The notes under the pieces were generated by a model, which was not told the origin of the DNA, searched no databases, and saw nothing but the letters and a program-made list of their open reading frames with translations. This document shows positions 37,635 through 49,857 of a stretch of DNA of 64,000 bases, one piece after another. The stretch comes from Octopus bimaculoides (Eukaryota). Location: assembly GCF_001194135.2 (NCBI RefSeq), contig NC_068981.1, positions 106,805,009-106,869,008 on the forward strand, given 5' to 3'. The position numbers were made by a program, and so were the translations under genes. Each line of letters starts with the position of its first letter. Position 1 is the first letter of the stretch.

Positions 37635-39093
37635 AGAACAGTGATTTTGCTTGGCAATATAAATAAATTCACATCTCTCTCACTTATGAACAACAACTTT
37701 CTATTAAACTCCCCAGTCAAACATACCTTTCAGGTTCTGTTGTAATTAAGTACATATGGTATACTTGAACCAATGAAAGAGCCTCATGTGATCACTTAAC
37801 TTTCCACAAATCTGCCTCAAACATCCTAATGTAGTCCTCAATGTATTATAGCTAAAGAAAAAACAGGATGGTTATAATTGAAATGCCAGGGATTAGTTTT
37901 GAGATATCTACAATAACAAAAACTAATGGTATATCAGTCAAAATTTATATTTTCTAGTATAAGTATGATGGAGATGATTAAAAATATTGAGGAGATGGAT
38001 GAAATAGAAAGTATAAGTTAAAAACAAAAGTCTAACACAAAATTTTTCAGTGAATATCTAACAACTGCATCAGACTGATGGAACCTAGAGGTGCTGTTAT
38101 TGGAGGGGAAAAGTTGAAAACTAACCTAACATATGCAAACATAGCAATGGAAACATCCAAAATAGAACAGCTCAATCTCCTGAATAACTGTTTTTCCTCT
38201 TTTTTTTTTTTTGGTCTTTGTTTCAAATTATTTTTAAAGTTTAGAAATCCTTTAAATACTACATCATCTTGTGTTTTATAACAACAAAACTTTAAAATTT
38301 TCAAATGCAACCCAAAACAAAATTTCCAAGAAACAAGAATTTGTAATTATGGATAATATGTCATCTGGCATTTAATATTAAAAAAAATGCTTAAGATGAC
38401 TTAGCTAAAAGTTCTGAAGGAAAAGTAGTTTAGGAGCGGCAGAGAGTATGTATCTTCTCTTTAGTAAAACATGAGTAAACATATCTAGGAAACTAAAGTT
38501 GCTTATATCTTATAAGCTTAGGAAAAAATTTGAATTACTATGTGGACAATTTCAGATCTTTACTGATTTTGTAGATTTTTTTTTTTTTTCTTGTGCTTTA
38601 CATTTTCTTTAGATAAATAAAAGTGTAAAACTGTGTTCCAAATCTATGCTTCAATTTATCACCACCATTGCTGTCATCCTTATGCACATTTTATGCCTGG
38701 TTTCCCTGCAGATATGTGTTGGCATTGGAGTTGTCATGGTCAGCTCCCACTTGATATTTCTAGATGGGTGAGGGTGGGAGAACACAATACTTGTATGTTC
38801 TGGCTTGACCTAACACCAACCACTTTACAGAGTGTAATGAGTGCATTTTATTTTGTTACTTGCACAAGATAGGTCCTCATATCCTTGACAAAACTAAACT
38901 GAAGTGACGTGGTACAGTGAATAGCAATGGATGCAACAGAGAGAGGATGATTTGAATAGATGAAAGGGGCAGCTGGAGAAGGCCAGCAGGGATAGCATGG
39001 GTTAAAAGTTTAGATGTAAATATAATATATGTTGTATGTCCTAAGTATTGCCACTACTTCTGTTTTAATGTACACTTTGTTATGCTTGCATAC

Positions 39094-39149
<56 letters not shown>

Positions 39150-40010
39150 CAAATGTTTTAAGAAGGAAGGAGTGTTTCCTGAAGGTGTGTGCATGCATAA
39201 TTTTATGTCCTTTCATACATTTGTATACATGAGCATGTGTGAATTCACATCTCCACCAAAGAATTTGAATGCAACATTAGTGAACATATCTGTATATATT
39301 TATATGCAACAGTTGTAAGTGTATAGATGAAAAAAAAACAAACAAATAATCAATTTTCAGGTATGATCCTCAGTGCATTAATCATGAACCTAACTCAAAT
39401 GTAAATTTCTATTACAGAGAAAAGTTTATTCTGAAATTAATTACAGGCAGAAGTTTAAATATAACAATAATTCCTTTGATCTTATATCTTGTGGAAATAT
39501 ATCTTGCCTTGCAATCTTCAAAAATTTACTGGAAATGTTATTCTCATTAATTTAGCATGGTTATGAAACTTAGAAGCCATTATATTTCTTGAAGAAAATT
39601 TACATTTTAACATATTTCTTGAATAATTCAAGTAATACTTAGCCAATTGTTATGTTAGAAAGAAACTGTTAGAAATCAATTCAGTGTGTCCGTATGTCAC
39701 TGCACTGGAGTCAGCAATTCTGGTTTATTAGCACTTCCTTAATTGCAACTAATTATGTATATAGATGTAATACCCTCACGAAAATTTAACGGTATTCTCT
39801 TTTAATAGAAGCGTTCAGTGTGTAATTCACTTCATAAGTAACAACGTATCAATAATGCTTTCTTTTGTAAAGCTAAGCACTAATCCACTGCAATTCCTTG
39901 AGGGATAAATCATAAATTATAGCTATTGTGTCTTCAAACAAAATATTAATCATTCTTGCTTCAGTCTTTCTGCCTTTCTTTCCATTTCAAACAAAGAACA
40001 ACATGTTAGA

Positions 40011-40048
<38 letters not shown>

Positions 40049-43000
40049 CACCAACAAAGAATTAGATATTGTAGGTTTAAAAATCTTTGTTCAACATTTT
40101 TTGCATTATTATCAAGGAGTGAGCAAAACAGATTGTGGTATTTAGTTAGGTATCATTGTGTCACTACTTGAAATCTTGCTGGAGTAGATGTTGCCTTTCA
40201 TCTCATCAAGATTGATAAAAAATAAAGATTGTTATCACTGACTATATCCTCTGCGAATATATATGGCTTTCTACCTCTGATGGAATTAGTTATAGAGTTG
40301 GACAGATTAATGTCAAGGGATGTCTAGTCAATTTTTTTATCAATTCATTCATAGTACCCAAGTTAGAATGCTGGCAGGTTATAAAATAGTGTTTAAACAA
40401 GGTATTGAACCGATGTTAAAAAATACAAACTTTCTGTTGATATTAAGATGTTAGAAATAATGAAGACAAAACAGTAAAAGTATTATGTAGAACATACTTT
40501 ATTAAAATGTTTCATTTTCTTGAGCTTCTTCCCTTTATTTCATTAAGTACATTACAACAAACAAAGAAATGTATGTAAAATGACATATATTGAATATAGA
40601 TAGTTATATAATCTACTAAAATCTATTTATTTAAAATACTTTAAAATTTATCAAGGGCACAAAAGACATGGCAATAAAAAAACCTAAAGTTAATAAAAAA
40701 AAAACTATGAAGTGTTTAATTACAGATCCTGAGCAGCTACTTTCAACAAATAAAGTTTTCATTTAAAATTTTAATTGGCTACCACTTTCTGATATGTTCC
40801 ATGTTATCTCTGTATTTCGTCATCTGGCTGGTTCTTCTTGGATACATTTTTGCAGTTTTCATATATGAGTTATTTTCATTGCTATCTCTCTTACATCTCT
40901 GGAATTTATTTACATTGCATGCTAATTTATTTACAATACATATCAAAGAAAACCAGCTCAAAACCCTCTGAGAATCACATGATTTGACATTACTCAAGTC
41001 CCTGAGTTTAAAAACAATTGCTTTTTTCATGCACATAATTTAAACTGAAATCCAAAACAAATATTACCAGACTATCAGAATGAAATAACCTGATAATATT
41101 CTTGCTTGGATCTCAGCAATATACTGACTAGGAATGAATTGTCCTAGCACCTGTCAGGAATCCTGTGCATGTTGTCACTATTTAGTAAATTCATCTTTTT
41201 TAATTCATTGTAGTTAAATACATCATAGCTATTTCATTGCAAGATAATTACATTGCCAGTCAATTTACCACTAGTAAATTTGTCATGTTTTTTAGCTGTA
41301 GCAAATACATTGCTAAGCATAAATGTTTTTACTTGAAGAATTCATACATCCTATTTCTTGTACAGTGAAAGAAATTTGAAGAGAAACATTACTATCATAT
41401 TTGCTCCATATATACGCGAAAAGAAATAAATAAAGTCTATTTTCAAAAATAGAACTTAATCCCAGAATAATGCAATAAGAGATAACACTATTTTTAATTG
41501 AAAGGAAGAAGAAATATGCTAAAAACACAAATACTGTACAATACCTCTTAAATAATCCAGTATCTTTGGTTTTGATATTCATTGACGATGCATTGAATTC
41601 TTGCTGTTCTATCTTATTTCTTATTGCACTGTGGGTTTTCTGCACCAATGATGCAGTTAGATAATTAGTTCATTTCTTCATTGTTCATTTTTACTTTCAA
41701 AGAAAATAGAAAATCCAGATTGCAGAATTTACTTTTCTTTGTTAATGAAATATGGCACATTTATTCTTCAAATAAAAACTTCAAACAAACCTTTCATAGT
41801 GTGTTACTCTGCAAATAAAAGCATGACAATGATAGTGTCAAGGTAATTGGCATGATGAGAAATTTATTGCTGATATATTGCCACCTGCACACCCGTTTCT
41901 GATAAGCCAGGAGTGAAATGCATATACTTTTAAAGATAATAGAGCCCTAACTATTCCACTGACTTGAAGTATCATAGCATCTGGAAGTTAGGTGAGGGCA
42001 TTGTGTATTGTGTTGATGTCTGGTGAGAAGCCATGATAAGGCAATGGTCGGTGCAGAGATGGTGATGGTTTGATAGGGGTTGGGTTTGTAGGTGAGAATG
42101 AGATAAGAAGTGTTTGGGGCATATGTGCATCAGTCAGGTATCTATGCAGAGATGAAACTAGTTGGTCTAGAGAGTTGAGGTTTGGAAAAAGATTTGGTTT
42201 CTGCACCAGTGGCATCAATATAGTGTGTTTCTGAGAGTGGAGGAGTAGTAAGTGTTCAAGTTACTGAGGGCAATAACTTTGTAGAAGTGGGGTTGATATC
42301 TTCAGTACAGGAAGTGCCATGGTTAAATATTTGTTAGAGGCTTGACACAGTCAGAGAGTGATTGAGGAAACAGATGTATCTGGAGGAGTAGGAGAGGAAG
42401 AATGTGAACCAAAATAATTGGAAGTTTTTGTTGTAGATATCTAAGTAAGAGATGTCTCAGATACATACCCAAGCCACAAGTGTATGTATACTTTTAAATA
42501 ACAGTTGGTTTACTTATCACTTAGGTACAAAGACTAGAACATTGAAATCATTTAAGTGTGAGCCTTGCAATACTAACTAACCAGTCAGTATTGTTACCCA
42601 GTCTGAAACTGTTCTGATATTGTGTCATCTAAGTTACTATGTCAAAAAAAAAATATCTACTTAGAATCCTCTCTTGAATTAAAATCTTACTCAGTTTCTC
42701 TCAAGCAGTCTTCTTTCTGTTTTTGCTCCATTCCACTTACTCTCTTTTTTTCCTCCTTCTGTCCTTATCCTCTCTCTCCATGAGGATGCGATACCAACTT
42801 GGATAAATTGTCTTAGCAATTTTATGACTATTCATTTTGCACATATAATGTAGGATGTGAGGACACTTTGCCACCAATCAATTTGTAATGTTTGTTTTGG
42901 TTTCAGCTCAAGTTAAGTTACAAGTGGTTCATTGCATGTTTTGAGTTGGTTTTGTTTAAAACACAATGTAAATAAATTCATAACATAAATTAATTCCAGA

Positions 43001-44616
43001 GATGCGGGAGAGATAGTAGTGAGAATAACTTGTACTTTAAAAATCATGTAACACTGTTACAATAAATATACTTAGCAAAATCAAACTGGAAAAATTTATC
43101 CAAGAAGAAACCACCCAAAAGAAGAAATTCAGATATATTAACAAGTGCATTAGAAATGTGATAGATGGTTATGGCTTCGAAAAAAAAATTAATTTCTTGA
43201 AAGCAATTGTTCATCATTTGAAATTTAAACATAGTATTGTTTGTAGTTAAATTTGCTTTTCTGCTATCATTTTTTGACATTCTTGATAAATTTTAAAATA
43301 AAATATTTTAAATTGGTTTTAGTTTATTTATATAACCATCTGTATCCTACACTTCATTTTATATAAATTTCTTTGTTTTTGTGTGTTCAGTAAAAGAAAC
43401 TACAGAAAGAAAATAGAAATTTTATGAAAGCAAGGATTTTGTCCTAATATTTTCAGTTTTCTTTTCATTTCTGCATTCCAATTTTTGTTATATCCCACAT
43501 CTTAATATTAACAGAAAAAAAAAATTGTATTTACATTCATTCACTATTCTTATTTAGGTGCCATTTAATAAACTGATGGCCTTTCTGACTGACATATTCA
43601 CTGGACACCATAATGTGCATGTGTGTGATCATCATCAATTTTACATCTGCTTTCCATTAGTTGGCTGGTTCATCAGATAAAATTATATGAGGGGACTATG
43701 TCTTGCTCAAAACACTTCAATTTTGACATGGTTTTTATGGATGCCCTTCCTAACAGTAACCATTCTACTGAGTGTAATGGATGCATATTTTTGGCACCAT
43801 TTATGTGAAATAAAAGTGAGGTTGACAGAGTTGGAGATACTTTGGGGCAGATGGTCACTGAAAGAAAGGAATTGAGTGTTATGGAGGTGGACCAAGGAGA
43901 GAAGACAAGAGAGTGTTGTGATGGCAGAGAGGCTGTGGGTAGACATCAGTGGGAGAAAGGGAGTGAGGAAGTAAGGGGTAAATGCAGTGATAACAGTGAG
44001 TGTTTCCATGTTTGGAATTTCTTCTACAAATCTTTGATAGATTGTGCTATAAAAATATCATCATCAGTATACAGGAGTTCACATGGACAGCCAGTTTTAA
44101 ACTTTTCTGTTATGGTTTGGAGAATTATAATAAACAAGAGAGGGAATTAGGACTGAGCCCTGATAAACTTCTAACTGTAATCTAAATTTGCCATTGAATT
44201 TAATGTCGTCTCTCATCTTTGTTGACTGCTGTTATGTGTGTGTGTGTGCCTGTATACATGTTTGTGCATATGCATACATATGTGAACATGTGTATGTGTC
44301 CAGGTCCTGTACTTCATTGTAGCTATTCTGGACAAGTCCATGCTGGAGCACTTTGTAGTGTTGGCTGTTATACATCTTTTTTCTTTTGGTTTGATCTCTG
44401 ATATGTAGTTTTAGGTTCCATTTAATTGCTGTTATTTTATGTTTAGTAGGGTTAATTACTCTTTTCTGGTTCTAACCTTTAGCAAAATGTTGGTCTGATA
44501 CATGGGAGTAAAGTGAATTTAGTCATTTGTTAAAACAATGTACATATATGTTGCTTGCTTCAGTGTGTTTAATGATTTCTCTTTATATTTATTTCTCCTC
44601 ATTTTATCTATTGCAG

Positions 44617-44665
44617 TTGATGAATGTGTACAAGAAAACATCAGATTCCATTCAGTTTCTATTAG
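44617..44665 (+). CDS. Candidate internal exon E
   Basis: Long pyrimidine tract plus TTGCAG acceptor and strong AG|GTAAGA donor. 49 nt, with two open frames (LMNVYKKTSDSIQFLL or DECVQENIRFHSVSI). Confidence 0.38.
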
Positions 44666-44987
44666 GTAAGATGTTGAACAGAACTTCTTAATTAAACTGA
44701 GATTGACCTCACAACATTTTTACATGTTTTCCAATTCTTGCTTGGGTTGTACAAATCTGGAATGAAACAATTTGCACCTATGTCTTGTTCCATCATCTAC
44801 TCTTCAGTTAGGTTAAAGAACCTAATCAATGCTTGATGTACTAAAATAATATGATAGAAACTATCATGCCATTTTATCCACCAAAATTTATGAAACATTT
44901 CATTGAGACAGAAAATTGTTTGGGAAAAAAATTTTTAATACTAGTTTAATGACATGTAAACTGTATTTTCTGTTGTCGTCCTCGTTA

Positions 44988-45061
44988 TTTCTTCTTCTTC
45001 TTCTTCTTCTTCTTCTTCTTCTTCTTCTTCTTCTTCTTCTTCTTCTTCTTCTTCTTCTTCT
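44988..45061. repeat. (TTC)n microsatellite
   Basis: About 24 perfect TTC units. Confidence 0.95.
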
Positions 45062-45728
45062 TTTGTTGGTTCATCTGTAGACATTCTTTCTGCTTGTTAA
45101 CTGCTCTATTGAAATACTGGAGACTGAGGTAAACAAAGTTGTATGTATTCCCTAGAAGCCACACTCGTATGCCACTAGTTTCAGTTTTGAGCTCCTGTTT
45201 GTGTGCTCAGTAATTGATGTAGAATTAATTCTTTTCTCTTGTATGCATCAGGACCAACAATTCAATATAATATCTTAGTTTGCATTCACATTTAAAAAAA
45301 TAAATAAATTTAGAAAAAAAAATCTCATATCTATTTCAGTGTCATCAATTTTGTGAGTTTTTTAAAAACCCTTCTGCTGAATTGGAGTTCTTATTACTTG
45401 CAGCCCTTTCATATCAGTTCTCTTTACCATAGTGTTGACAAGAGTTGATTGAAAAAGGCCATAAGATAAGCAATCATATCATAGTTGAGGTCAGTTAAAT
45501 AATTGGAACCTTTCTCTGTAAACTACTGATGCTTGTTCATTATGTAATGGCCTATCCTGCTTAAGTCAGTTATTTACATGTTTGTGGACTGAAGCAGTGA
45601 TATTTAAGCTTTTTTTGCCATGAACATAGTACAACACTAGTGACATGATATGTATTACAAAGCTGTTGGTTAATAATTTGACCCATTATAAAGTCTCTCT
45701 GCTCCATTTCTTGCTATGATAATTTCAG

Positions 45729-45826
45729 ACGTCTTTGATATATTTCATTGCAAGTTTCTTTTTCCTCTTTGTGACTGGTACAATAAATCATGGCTATTAC
45801 TTGCTTCCATCCCTGCATTTAATTAT
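45729..45826 (+). CDS. Candidate internal exon F
   Basis: Acceptor AATTTCAG and weak donor TAT|GTATTA. Phase 1 to 0: VFDIFHCKFLFPLCDWYNKSWLLLASIPAFNY. It bridges exons E and G in frame. Confidence 0.22.
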
Positions 45827-46076
45827 GTATTACCTATATTCCATTTGTCTATAACAGCATTTTACTTTTATAATATCCATTACATTCATATAATTAATAT
45901 ATCATTTTTTTTTTTTCATACTGGTTTCTATGTTTCATTGTAATGTTCCAAAATTATACCAACATTTATTCCATTATATGACTTCCTTAATTATTAATAA
46001 GATTGAAGTGAATGAACAAAACAAAAGTTAATGGAGAAGAAACAATACCTGTATTAATTTTGACTATTCTGAGTAG

Positions 46077-46121
46077 GAAGAACTGGACTGTATCCTTGCT
46101 CGATGCATTGAACTGGAGGAG
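46077..46121 (+). CDS. Candidate internal exon G
   Basis: TAG acceptor, which is also an in-frame stop immediately upstream, and strong GAG|GTAAGC donor. 45 nt, phase 0 to 0: EELDCILARCIELEE. Confidence 0.42.
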
Positions 46122-46733
46122 GTAAGCACTTGAAATTGTGTATTCAGTGCTTATGATGAGTGGGAGTGACAGAGAATTGTAACTTCAAATTTTCAGAATC
46201 TGAAAAATAAAACTGTTTGGATGTTCTCTAGAGGCAGTTGATGATTTCTAATATTTAAGTGATCTTCTTAGTACTGGGAATGGTTGTCATGAAAGTGCAG
46301 TAGCTAAAACAGATGCAGGAATTGATACTTCTATTATAAGCAACAAATTCTCTGTCAGTGTACAAAAAGCAGACTTTATGATGTTTTCATTGAATGATAA
46401 TGTATGGTGATGAAACAGGGATATTGAAACTCAAAGACCAGAGGTGGTGTAATCAGTAGGCCAGATAACATCAACTTATGTGTAATGTGGAGCACAAACG
46501 AGCCAAGATATTGGGCAGATACTAAAGTTATTTGCTGATGTATTTAAGAGAGACAACTGTTCTCCTATGCCTCTTTGATCCAGATAAACAATAAATGCTG
46601 TTGAAAGAGTGTTGTGAGGTGATACTAGAAAGTATCATTGCAAAAGATATGAGAAGTTCTGTGGTTAGTTCTTAGGCAACTGAAAGAATCATGAGGATCA
46701 CAGTTATCCTGGCCAACAGAGCCATCCACTCTA

Positions 46734-46734
46734 T

Positions 46735-46828
<94 letters not shown>

Positions 46829-46852
46829 GCGCGTGCGCGCGCGTACATGCAC
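46734..46852. repeat. Compound microsatellite: (CT)n followed by an alternating CA/CG tract
   Basis: About 90 bp of (CT)n, then CACGCGCGTGCGCGCGCGTACATGCAC. Confidence 0.9.
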
Positions 46853-47663
46853 AGGCTCTTTGGATTTCTTACAACCATTACATTTGAAATTTGAAAACAG
46901 TTTCATGTTTAGACATAAAAAATAGGGAAAGAAGAAAATTGTATCATTTGTATATTGTGTATGCATCAGAGTGTCTAAAAATAAAGTGGCTTATAGCTTC
47001 AAACTTAATTATGGCTATTGAATCAGAATGGGTTATATGCATACCTCACAATAAGTTTCTCTTTCTTATCACAGTTAAACTATTAGTGGTTGGAAGGCTA
47101 TGTAGATAAAAGAAAAAAACAAAACAATTGCACTTGTAAATTGTCTTGACATGGAAAAAATGGATATTAAATTTTTTTAAAACAAGTAAGGCAAACAGTT
47201 TAAGTATTCCTTCTACTTGTAACATTATTACCGTTTCCATTACTATCACTGCTAATTTTAAAAATCTGATATGTATTTTTTTAAGTTCATTTGTACATCA
47301 GTAAGTTGCTTCAATTAAAAACATTTCTTAAATTTATTTTAATTTTTTCTCATTTTGTCATGAAATCTAGGCTGATATCTAATGAAATAATTGTACCAGA
47401 GTAATTTTGTTTAATCACTTCTATTGCTGTAATTGTTGATGCTCTGAAAAAACATGGATGTATTTAAATGAAAAATAGGTATTCTAATAAAACACTTGAC
47501 CCATTTTTTTCAATCATTCTGTTTAAATGTTTCAGAAAAAGAAAAAAATTCTCATCTAATTTTACCTTATGGAAAGAGGATATGTGTGTGTACGTATGCA
47601 CACATGCTCACGTGTGCATGCAGGCATGCATGTATGTGTGCAGGCAGGTATGTATGTGTGCAG

Positions 47664-47835
47664 GCAGGCATGGCTATGTGGTTAAGAAGTTGGTTTTCAA
47701 ACCACACCATTTTGCGTTCAGCTCCACTGCATTGCAGCCTGGACAAGTGTTCTACTGTAGCTCCAGGTTGACCAAAGCCTTGTGAGTGGATATGGTAGAT
47801 GGAAACTGAGAGAGGCCTGCCATGTGTGTGTATAT
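47664..47835 (+). mobile_element. SINE family B, 5' half
   Basis: GCAGGCATGGCTATGTGGTTAAGAAG...GACCAAAGCCTTGTGAGTGGATATGGTAGATGGAAACTGAG. Confidence 0.75.
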
Positions 47836-48374
47836 GGGGTGTGTTGAAAAAGTACCTTACTTTATTTTGCCTTGCCAAAAATAAATGCCTTGGGGACAAA
47901 ATTCTAGGCTGTGTCGATTCCTGGCTGTCCCGTTTAGAGTACAGACATGTAGTGCACACTCATCAAATATCATTTTCACCAAACGCACCACGTCTGTGCT
48001 ATTGGTATAACAGTCAGGAACAGATGTGGCCTGCTGGCGTGAAAATTTTCACACCAACATAGGAAGTGGCATCACCCCTGCCCAAGGATTTTGCCCATGC
48101 AGCATTGTTTTTTGTTTTGTGTGGGAAAATAAGTTGGATAATTTTTGAATGTACTGCATGTACATATTTTACACACACAGGCGTGTGCACCCACACACAC
48201 ATATATACATATGATCATTGTGTGCAGGGATATAGAAGTACTTTAGATGATTAATAAGTATACTTCAAGATCATTGGCAGAGCGATAGATGGATCAGGGC
48301 TCTTTAGTTGTTAAGAGGGCCATTCAAGACTTGACAAATTAAGATAATATAATCTTAGATTTATAACCATATAT

Positions 48375-48537
48375 AGGTGCAGGCATGGCTATGTTGTAAA
48401 AAGCTTGCTTCCCAACCATACGGTTCCAGGTTCAGTCCCACTGCGTGGCACCTTGGGCAAGTGTCTACTTTTATAGCCTCAGGCTGACCAAAGCTTTGTG
48501 AGTGGATTTGGTAGACGGAAACTGAAAAAAGCCTGTC

Positions 48538-48591
<54 letters not shown>

Positions 48592-49397
48592 GTATATATG
48601 TATATATATATGTATATATGTATATATATATGTATATATGTNNNNNNNNNNNNNNNNNNNNNNNNNNNNNNNNNNNNNNNNNNNNNNNNNNNNNNNNNNN
48701 NNNNNNNNNNNNNNNNNNNNNNNNNNNNNNNNNNNNNNNNNNNNNNNNNNNNNNNNNNNNNNNNNNNNNNNNNNNNNNNNNNNNNNNNNNNNNNNNNNNN
48801 NNNNNNNNNNNNNNNNNNNNNNNNNNNNNNNNNNNNNNNNNNNNNNNNNNNNNNNNNNNNNNNNNNNNNNNNNNNNNNNNNNNNNNNNNNNNNNNNNNNN
48901 NNNNNNNNNNNNNNNNNNNNNNNNNNNNNNNNNNNNNNNNNNNNNNNNNNNNNNNNNNNNNNNNNNNNNNNNNNNNNNNNNNNNNNNNNNNNNNNNNNNN
49001 NNNNNNNNNNNNNNNNNNNNNNNNNNNNNNNNNNNNNNNNNNNNNNNNNNNNNNNNNNNNNNNNNNNNNNNNNNNNNNNNNNNNNNNNNNNNNNNNNNNN
49101 NNNNNNNNNNNNNNNNNNNNNNNNNNNNNNNNNNNNNNNNNNNNNNNNNNNNNNNNTATATATATATATATATATATATATATCTATATATCTATTTATG
49201 TGTGTGTCTGTATTTGTCCCCTTATCTGATGTTGGTGTGTTTATATCCCCCATAACTTAGCAGTTCAGCAAAAAAGATCAATAGAATAATTACCAGGCTT
49301 ACAAAGAATAAGTCCTGGAGATGATTTGTTTAACTAAAATCCTTTACGGCAGTGCTCCAGTATGACCGCACTCAAATGACTGAAACATGTAAAAGAA
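48375..49397 (+). mobile_element. SINE family B, full length, with the central (TA)n expanded across an assembly gap
   Basis: 5' half at 48375-48540 and 3' half at 49195-49397 flank the TA-rich tract and N gap 48642-49156. Confidence 0.85.
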
Positions 49398-49583
49398 TAT
49401 ATAATACCCAATATTTCTTGTATTTGTTTTATTTTTGTAATTTTATGTATGTTCAAGTGAGATATTTTAGTGCTCTGCAAACCATATCTTCCTTTAAGTT
49501 ATAAATGCCTTATTCCTGCAGGTTTTGCTTGCTCACATAGGTGCCACTTTCTGGTTCATTAATAAAAGTCATACTCTTTATAG

Positions 49584-49857
49584 GTTTTGAAAACACACTC
49601 ATGAATGTTTGGGATGATGGAGTTGTGAACATACCTTGCTTATATCAATTTCAACTAATCATTTGCACACTTAGCTTTATTTTCTGGTATTTGTCTGATC
49701 AAGTTGCGGTGCTCTGCATGCATCAGCATGCTGTTGGATTTGTTTGGTTAGTGGTCCATGGCACTAGGATGATATGTTCTATTATTAGCAGTGCACAACA
49801 CACAATGTACATTTGCTGCCTCTCACTTACTCCTCACTGCTACATGTCCATCTCAAG
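49584..49857 (+). CDS. Candidate internal exon H
   Basis: Acceptor CTCTTTATAG and donor AAG|GTAATT. 274 nt fully open in one frame (phase 1 to 2): GFENTLMNVWDDGVVNIPCLYQFQLIICTLSFIFWYLSDQVAVLCMHQHAVGFVWLVVHGTRMICSIISSAQHTMYICCLSLTPHCYMSIS. Confidence 0.42.

Noticed and set aside
39361-39400. Possible exon YDPQCINHEPNSN
   Set aside because: The CAG-GTATGA junction reads equally well as a donor or as an acceptor, so it cannot be oriented from sequence alone.
40727-40975. About 80-codon hydrophobic open frame
   Set aside because: No convincing donor, composition is explained by the T-rich strand, and it ends in a stop.
48471-49260. Long ORFs of 220-260 aa (also 51911-52464)
   Set aside because: They consist of microsatellite and N-gap translation (X runs).
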